This document shows positions 57,991 to 64,000 of a DNA stretch of 64,000 nucleotides, in pieces (the first letter of the stretch is position 1; the number at the start of each line of letters is the position of its first letter). The stretch is from Eledone cirrhosa (taxonomy: Eukaryota). Position numbers and translations under genes: made by a program. Under the pieces are notes generated by a model, which was given only the letters and a program-made list of their open reading frames with translations, made no database searches and was not told the DNA's origin. The stretch is from assembly GCA_964016885.1 (NCBI GenBank), contig OZ024743.1:46438001-46502000 (forward strand), given 5' to 3'.

Positions 57991-58404
57991 GTTAAGATTG
58001 CTACCTACACAAATTAGTAAATATTCTATATTTGCACACATAACATACTGCATCTATATTTGCATCTTTTTCGATTGTTCATTATTGCACATGATTTCAA
58101 AGTAAATCATGTTAAAAGTAAAACCATTTAAATTAGCAGTCTTGTTTATTTGTTCATTTTTATCCATGTGATTTGGGAAAATCATCTTCCCCATGGTAAT
58201 GTCACTTCATACCACAATAAGGAAGTACAACTTCTTGTTTCGTCGAACATGACAAAACTTCTCTCAACTCTCTGGAACATACTCCACTTATTCATTTGCT
58301 ATTACTCAACCAACAAGTTACTCACTCATTATCTCCACAGCTCATTACTACTATTACAAATGAACAAATCCATCTGGCAACCACACATCGCCAAACCAAT
58401 ATTT

Positions 58405-58467
58405 ATTAGCCTCGCCATCACCCGAGGCAACGCTGCGAGTGTGCTGGCTTGCCTCAAAAATCATTAG
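58405..58467 (+). mobile_element. 3' end fragment of a CRE-clade (restriction-like endonuclease) non-LTR retrotransposon ORF
   Basis: Encodes ISLAITRGNAASVLACLKNH*, matching the C-terminal motif (I/L)S(I/V)AIQRGNAAS(V/I)L typical of CRE-clade elements. The upstream part of ORF 58150..58467 shows no recognisable similarity. Confidence 0.6.
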
Positions 58468-59070
58468 AGAGGTTGCCCAGTACTCCTCGCTGCTGTCTTT
58501 TGCTCTGGTGCTGGCTCGGTTCTTCACCCCTTCCTTTACATTTTCTTTAATATTGTAACATTAAAAGAATATATCTTTCATATTTATTTAACCCTGATTA
58601 GAGTTATATATACATTTTTTTATGGCTCTGGAAACGAAAAGGCGCCGATTTCCTTTCTCCGGAAATAGAGGAGGCATTAGCAACTTCTCGGAAAAAATAG
58701 CTGATGTATCGTTGATGCAGACCAGGGATGAACCGATGTGTAACAGCGCAAAACTGTTTACTTTCTCATTGAGTTAGTGATCGTTTAAGAGTTATCTCCC
58801 TTTTACCGAATCTTTTTCTTTTTTTCTATTGCCTAAGAAAATTTATATTTTCCAAAATTAAGATGTATCTTAAATGATTTTTTTTTTTTTTTAGCACGAA
58901 AATGTAAATGTAATCATGGTTTTAATCCAAAATACAAATCGTCATAAATAACTGCTAGGAAAATTTCTCCATTTTCTACTGCAAATAATGAAGTTATTGA
59001 TGACTTATTTTGAAATTTGAAATTAGACATTCTTCAAACACATTTCTTGTACAGTATCATGAATTGATGA

Positions 59071-59094
59071 TGGTGTTGGTGTTGGTGTTGGTGT
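59071..59094. repeat. (TGGTGT)4 hexanucleotide microsatellite
   Basis: Four perfect copies read directly. Confidence 0.9.
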
Positions 59095-59254
59095 CTCTAT
59101 CAACTTCCACAATGAACATTCAGTCGTTCAAATACCTGAAGTTCTGCTTCGTAAATTAACGTTTCAGACGTTCCTTTAATAAAATTTGGAAGCTGAACCA
59201 GCATTACACAATATGCAACAAGGCTGGACATTTGAATTACTGTTACAATCTATC

Positions 59255-59388
59255 CGACTGGCTTCCACACAATTTCTGTCTTCCCAATTTCACTCACACA
59301 GCTTAGGTCAATTTGAGGCTATGGTAAAGACACTTACCCAAGATATCACACAATGGGATTGAACTTAGGACCTCATGGTTGCAAAGCC
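59255..59388 (-). mobile_element. Decayed tRNA-derived SINE fragment with CORE-like segment
   Basis: Minus strand reads ...AACCATGAGGTCCTAAGTTCAATCCCATTG (B-box-like), then ATCTTGGGTAAGTGTCTT (CORE-like CCTTGGGCAAGT), then TGTGAGTGAAATTGGGAAGACAGAAATTGTGTGGAAGCC. Resembles an abundant octopus SINE as I recall it. Confidence 0.7.
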
Positions 59389-59582
59389 TAATGGTAGCCT
59401 AATGGTAGCATCAACCCTGTATATAGCACATATTTAATAAAGAATGTTCAGAAAATCACATGTTCTTCATTGTTCATTACTAGAAAAGCACACTTATTTG
59501 TATCAGTGTTTGCTATAGTTTAGTATCATTTAAAGCTTTAAATATTTCCAAGTTAATTCACTAAAATATTATATGTTGGTGA

Positions 59583-59742
59583 CAGAGGCTGATGTACCTT
59601 GCATGGGGCGCCTGGCTGAAAATTTCATCAGGTATATTTCATCATGGTAGCAAAAAATTAATTTAGGGCCCTCTAAATATTATAGGCTCCTAGCTACAGC
59701 CTTGTTGCCCCCACCCACAACTCTCTCCTTAATCCATCATTG
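59583..59742. mobile_element. Possible second decayed hAT-like MITE
   Basis: Ends CAGAGGCTGATGT and (reverse complement) CAATGATGGATTA both look like degenerate CAGTGGCGGATT. Internal GGGCGCC and GGGCCC motifs. Flanks GTTGGTGA and GTTTTAGA match 5/8 (possible eroded TSD). Confidence 0.3.
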
Positions 59743-60080
59743 GTTTTAGATGTTTGTTGGGACTATTATTTAGATTTTAGACATGCTATAAGGAGAACAA
59801 CAGTCTTTGTTGCTAAATGAAACTCTCTTCCTTCTTTTATACAAAGAGCTGCTTGCATGACTTCTATGTACAAAGTATCTAATTATATTGATAAAATATG
59901 GACAAAGCCATACTGATGCCCAAACAAACAAATACTTGAAGTTGACATGCAATGAGTATGAGTAAAGAGTCTGCTATGAGACACGGTGTTATTTTTTATG
60001 ATTAATACTCTAAAACAGAATATTGAATAATTTGAAAGAAAATACCTAGATCATTAATTTTAAGTCCTTGTCAATTGTCT

Positions 60081-60337
60081 AAAGTCTGTCACGAGCCTGG
60101 AGGCTCATCTAGCTGGTGCTTATTCTGGTTTCCATGCCATTATGTGACTGAGAGTACAAGAGTTCTCTCAGTCCATCGCAAGGTTAAACCCCCAGCTATT
60201 GCTGGTACTCATTTTCAGCTGAGTATTCTGGAGCAACGTGTAAGGAAGTGTTTTGCTCAAGACCACAACAGACAACCCAGTCCAGGAATCAAATGCACGA
60301 CATGATTGTAAGTCCAACACACTTACCACTAGGCCAC
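60081..60337 (-). mobile_element. tRNA-derived SINE with CORE-like domain, near full length, decayed
   Basis: Minus strand begins GTGGCCTAGTGGTAAG (Pol III A-box), has a degenerate B-box ATTTGATTCC, then GTCTTGAGCAAAACACTT...TTGCTCCAG...CTCAGCTGAAAATGAGTACCAGC (CORE-like). Confidence 0.75.
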
Positions 60338-60708
60338 CATGGTAAACTTAATATTAGCTTTGCATGAATGACAAAGAACAGATTTGAAAGAAAATTAATA
60401 CATATTTAGTTTTAAATTCCTGTAGATTAGTTATTAACTTGATATTAGTGTGCATGAGCGACAAAACACAGAAGAGTTGTGAGAAAAACTGAGTATAGGA
60501 AGAATCAGATATTATGAGGAAGCGAGAAGGTTGTGCTGATATAAATACATAATGACCATTGGTGGAGAAATGCTAAGAGTTATGAGTGGAAGAGATGTGT
60601 TGAAGAGGTAGACTAAAGAAGAGTTCAGCAGAAGTGGTGGAAACAAATCTCAGGATGCTGAATCATGAAAAATAGATGACAAAATAAAGAAACAATGGGG
60701 TGGGGGGG

Positions 60709-60792
60709 CTGTATCCGGAAGAAGACTCATCTAACCCATGCAAGGAGGTATGGAAAAGCAAATGTAAAAATGATGATGATGATGGTGATGAT
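60709..60792 (+). mobile_element. 3' tail of an RTE-type LINE or RTE-mobilised SINE ending in (TGA)n
   Basis: CTAACCCATGCAAG...ATGGAAAAGCAAATGTAAAAA followed by (TGA)n. The same motif family occurs at 61,450-61,487 (+) and 63,680-63,740 (-). Confidence 0.65.
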
Positions 60793-61061
60793 TCATCCCA
60801 TTATCTTTACCATATAAAAAGGATGAAAAAAAAAAATACTCTCAAAAATATTTTAATCTTTATCATAAAATATATCTAGAAGTTTATAAACAATGACATT
60901 CATGTTATTTCATACATATTACCAGTAAACTTAAAAATCATATTTCTATTTTTCTTTCAGAACAATATAAAATCTGGGTCAGTTAGCTTCAAATGGTTCA
61001 TAAATCTAGAAACAATAAAGGAAAAAAATTAAATTTTTACAACAAATATTAAAATTTTTCT

Positions 61062-61290
61062 TTAACTCTTTAGCATTTAAACCGGCCATATCTGGCCAGA
61101 ATTCTCTCACCTTTACCTGTTCAAACTGGCCATAACTGTGCGCTCATACTGATGTTAAGGTTCTGTTCTCAAAATAAACAATATCAAAATCTTGTAGATT
61201 TAATATTATGTGAGATAATTATGTGAGGCAAAGCCTTTACTGTGAAAATACTATAGTAAATATAGAGTAATGTAAATGCTAAAGGGTTAA
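61062..61290. mobile_element. piggyBac-like MITE with TTAA target-site duplication
   Basis: TTAA-CTCTTTAGCATTTA (61,062-61,079) and TAAATGCTAAAGGG-TTAA (61,273-61,290) give 14-bp TIRs with one mismatch, each bounded by TTAA. CCC...GGG termini plus a TTAA TSD are the piggyBac hallmark. No ORF. Confidence 0.85.
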
Positions 61291-61351
61291 TAAAATTATT
61301 TAAAAGATAGTTTTAAAAATATTTTGTCACAAATAGTTTGTCTTCTTTCCA

Positions 61352-61487
61352 TGGGCAAAGGTTATCAGAGCTGATTTCAAATCACTGAACCTCACAGTGG
61401 AGGTGACAAAAGAACATAGCATGTGGAGCGAGGCTGCGCTGGAAAGGGCACCAAGCATGAAAGAGAAGATGTAAAATGATGATGATG
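61352..61487 (+). mobile_element. 3' end of an RTE-clade LINE (ORF C-terminus plus TGA tail)
   Basis: Translates WAKVIRADFKSLNLTVEVTKEHSMWSEAALE, matching the RTE C-terminal pattern W..V...D...L.L.........W. It is followed by AGCATGAAA...GATGTAAAA(TGA)n. Confidence 0.65.
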
Positions 61488-61489
61488 GT

Positions 61490-61509
61490 ACACACACACA
61501 CACACATAT

Positions 61510-61570
<61 letters not shown>

Positions 61571-61573
61571 TAT
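61490..61573. repeat. Compound (CA)n/(TA)n microsatellite
   Basis: An ACACAC run followed by a long TA run with TACA interruptions. It accounts for the YIYIY/CVCV ORFs at 61.3-61.6 kb. Confidence 0.97.
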
Positions 61574-61579
61574 CACAGG

Positions 61580-61635
61580 AAGGATCCATAGAAGTGGTTG
61601 ATAGCAGAAGCTACCAACCACTTCTATGGATCCTT
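61580..61635. repeat. Near-perfect inverted repeat (26-bp arms, 4-nt loop)
   Basis: AAGGATCCATAGAAGTGGTTGATAGC-AGAA-GCTACCAACCACTTCTATGGATCCTT; 25/26 positions pair. Confidence 0.95.
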
Positions 61636-61843
61636 AGAGAGCCACTCCCACTGTTGACAACAAAAGGTTTCTCCCTACGTACAAAAGGGCAACGGTAGTG
61701 AAACATGGGCTGTGATGGCAGAAGACATACAAAGACTGGAGAGAAATGAAGCAACCATGTGCAATGTAAATGTGAGAGAAAGGCAGAGTTTGGATGAACT
61801 GAAGGAGAAACTGGGTTTAAGAGGAATCCAAAGTGGTGTGCGG
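61633..61843 (+). mobile_element. Internal fragment of an RTE-clade LINE ORF (post-RT region), frameshifted and deleted
   Basis: LREPLPLLTTKGFSLRTKG / frameshift / NGSETWAVMAEDIQRLERNEATMCNVNVRERQSLDELKEKLGLRGIQSGVR. The GSETW....L...E..M motif is characteristic of RTE-clade ORFs. Confidence 0.8.
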
Positions 61844-62609
61844 TACCTTGGAAATGATTGCAGTAAACAAAAGTCAGTTCAATGATGCATAACTACATCT
61901 AAATCTCCTTTGAAGATAGTATATCTTAAAGAATAGTATATACAACAAGCATTTTAAAGCTATTTTCCCTTGTGGGAAATGACAAGGTTTATAGTCATCA
62001 AGAGGTCCTTTTTGAGGCAATATTTTATGAATGGAGTAATCCTGTTGTTTATTTGAAGTAAGCACAGTTGTCATATAACAGCTTTCCACTTCTTCACACA
62101 GCTCCAGGCATGTTCATTGAGGTTTGCAAAGAGCAATATAATCTATCAAATAATTAAGTAATGTTTACTCACTTTGTCATATCATTTTCAATGATTGGCC
62201 ACCTTTTAACACATGTCCATGAAGGTTTCTGAGTCATAGTGAAGTGTTCTTTGTAGTGCCAGCCAATTTGTTGAGAAGTTGTGAGGGGTTGCACATACAA
62301 TTCATTTGGCCCTATAGTACACAATTAATAATGATTACAGTTGATGAAGAGTTTAGTTGATATACCCTTTTGATACAAAACTACCTGAAACCACCCTGGT
62401 TCTGTAATACAAAATTTTTGTCATCATTTTATGTAAGTCACCAGTCAACTCTAATATTCCAAAATTTTTGAATCAGAGGAGAAAGCCAGTTCCCATGATC
62501 CTTTTCAAAGCCTCCAAGATTGGTGGGAGGAAGGGAAACCTGGCCCCAATACTTGCACCAGTCTTTACTCTGCTAAACGCACCCAAGGACCAGGTATAAA
62601 CTATTTCCT

Positions 62610-63650
62610 CAGTATGTGAAGAGATTGTATCTTAGTAAGGCTCAAGAAGACTAGGTTATCATGTCTACATTGGGGGGAGGGGTTCTTGGAAGCAATGTAT
62701 ATCTATCATGAAGTATTTTAGTTACATGTGGATGTGCAGCTTATTAAGGAGGAATGAAGGGTGGTATCATCTATTTAGGTGTATGTATTGTCAGGAGTAG
62801 CAATGAGTAGATATTTAAGTACAGAAAGATGTGTGAAATATAATTGAACCCTGGGGTAGAGAAGATTTGAGAGAATGTGAATCAGAGGGTGAGAGAGACC
62901 TATTAACATATACTGTGATAGAACAGTCTGATGGGTAACTTTCAATCCAAGCGAGAGATATAGTCCATAGATAGGCAATTTAGTTAGAATATTCTCATGC
63001 AGATAAAATGAAAGGTTTCATTGTAATGGGCAAGAACATTGGATTTTCCCAAAGTTCTCAAAAGTTAGAGACTGCTGGTATGTGAAGAAAGAGTAAGTCT
63101 CAAGTAGATCTGACTTTACTTCATGGGTGAAATATCACTGCTAGTGTGTGATGGATGTAGGTTTATATCAAAGGTGTAAAATTTGGCTGGTATGTGTGAG
63201 GTGTATGTTTATATCAAGAGTGAGAAATTAGTGGTGTGTAATGGATGTGAATTTACTGCTGATATGTGTAATGTATCAGAACAAGTCTCTAGTAGATATG
63301 GATCGACAGATAGGATACTAGTAATCACTTAGAAGTGAGAGATTGAAGCGGGGTAACAACAACAATCATTTACAACTTTATAATATTTCCATCATCTTTA
63401 AAAATGAAGGTGAGAGTGACAGGGTCGTAGTTGTCATGTCAGAGTGAGAGAATGGGACATATCATTGTGTTTGCATATGTTGGGATAGATCTCTGTAGAG
63501 AGAGTTAGGTTGAAGAATTTAGTAAAGTTAGGTGTGAGCTATGGAAATGATGCCTGGGGGTAATGGAAAAGATATCATTGAGATCAGACACAATGGCTTG
63601 GACTAAAGAAATTTCCAATTTTGGGATATACATATAGTTGTGGGACAATT
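62610..63650 (-). mobile_element. Heavily decayed CR1/Jockey-group LINE reverse transcriptase region
   Basis: Minus-strand fragments occur in the expected RT order: LTKFFNLTLSTEIYPNICKH; SHSD..YDPVTLT (YRPISLT-like); RST*/DLL; HENILTKLPIYGL; WIESYPSDCSITVYVN; PQGSI; T*IDDTTLHSS (YADD-like); DNLVFLSLTKIQSL. Many stops and frameshifts; boundaries approximate. Confidence 0.75.
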
Positions 63651-63679
63651 CAAGTAGAGATAATGGAACAACAGTGTAT

Positions 63680-63740
63680 CATCATCATCATCATCATCTT
63701 CGTTTAATGTCCATTTTCCACGCTAGCATGGGTTAGACGG
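63680..63740 (-). mobile_element. 5'-truncated RTE-type retroposon tail insertion with 7-bp TSD
   Basis: (CAT)n...CGTTTAATGTCCATTTTCCACGCTAGCATGGGTTAGACGG, flanked by the direct repeat AGTGTAT at 63,673-63,679 and 63,741-63,747. Confidence 0.75.
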
Positions 63741-63855
63741 AGTGTATATCAGAGATAAATCTAAACTATAAATAAGTAACGAGCGCGGGACTGCGTAGTT
63801 TATAATTTTTTATCCCATTAGTAAAATAAGTTGGATTACTTTGAATAAATAATTG

Positions 63856-64000
63856 TTTCAACATTTGGCACAAGGCCAACCATTACCCAGTGCATTACTG
63901 GTACTTTATTTTATCGACCCCATAAGGATGAAAGGCAAAGTTAACCTCGACAGGATTTGAACTCAGACCGTAAAGGGACATAACTATGCTGGAAAGCATG
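63856..64000 (-). mobile_element. tRNA-derived SINE with Nin/Deu-like central domain (5' end cut by window edge)
   Basis: Minus strand has B-box CTGAGTTCAAATCC, then GGTTAACTTTGCCTTTCATCCTTATGGGGTCGATAAAATAAAGTACCAG, matching the Nin/Deu core (GCCTTTCATCCTT..G.GGTCGATAAAAT.AGTACC). Resembles a very common Octopus SINE as I recall it. Confidence 0.8.

Noticed and set aside
59385-59409. AGCCTAATGGT x2 direct repeat
   Set aside because: A trivial 11-bp local duplication at a SINE edge with no further structure.
60280-60337. tRNA gene (A-box present)
   Set aside because: The B-box is degenerate, no cloverleaf is evident, and the sequence continues into a SINE body.
60941-60983. + strand acceptor-like TTTTTCTTTCAG with a weak GTCAGT donor 17 nt later (micro-exon)
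   Set aside because: Such motifs are common by chance in AT-rich DNA and there is no supporting gene context.
58150-62978. Short ORFs in the flank (58150, 59770, 60075, 61327-61621, 61874, 62775)
   Set aside because: They overlap SINE, LINE or microsatellite sequence, or have no recognisable similarity. Only motif remnants are reported, as mobile-element fragments.

Overview
About 90% of the window (1-57,833) is one uninterrupted, highly homogeneous tandem array of a 30-bp monomer, ATATCTGGTT[CA|TG]TGACTAGTGGTGGACATG. It holds about 1,929 copies and is truncated by the left edge. The huge ORFs in the track are by-products of a 30-bp unit with three stop-free frames; propagated stops and frameshifts argue against a real CDS, though the antisense frame is mucin-like. 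The array is internally structured: a binary CA/TG variant code, linked rare alleles, nested kb-scale duplications, a central domain with private alleles, and deletion-only indels. It ends abruptly at a short element resembling a hAT-type MITE whose terminus looks like part of the monomer. The last ~6.2 kb is AT-rich animal non-coding DNA full of decayed repeats: tRNA-derived SINEs, RTE, CR1/Jockey and CRE-like LINE fragments, a TTAA-flanked piggyBac-like MITE, microsatellites and a 26-bp-arm hairpin. The repeat motifs resemble ones I recall from Octopus/cephalopod genomes (inference, not database-checked). No intact gene, RNA gene or CRISPR array is supported, and I cannot demonstrate a new functional system.
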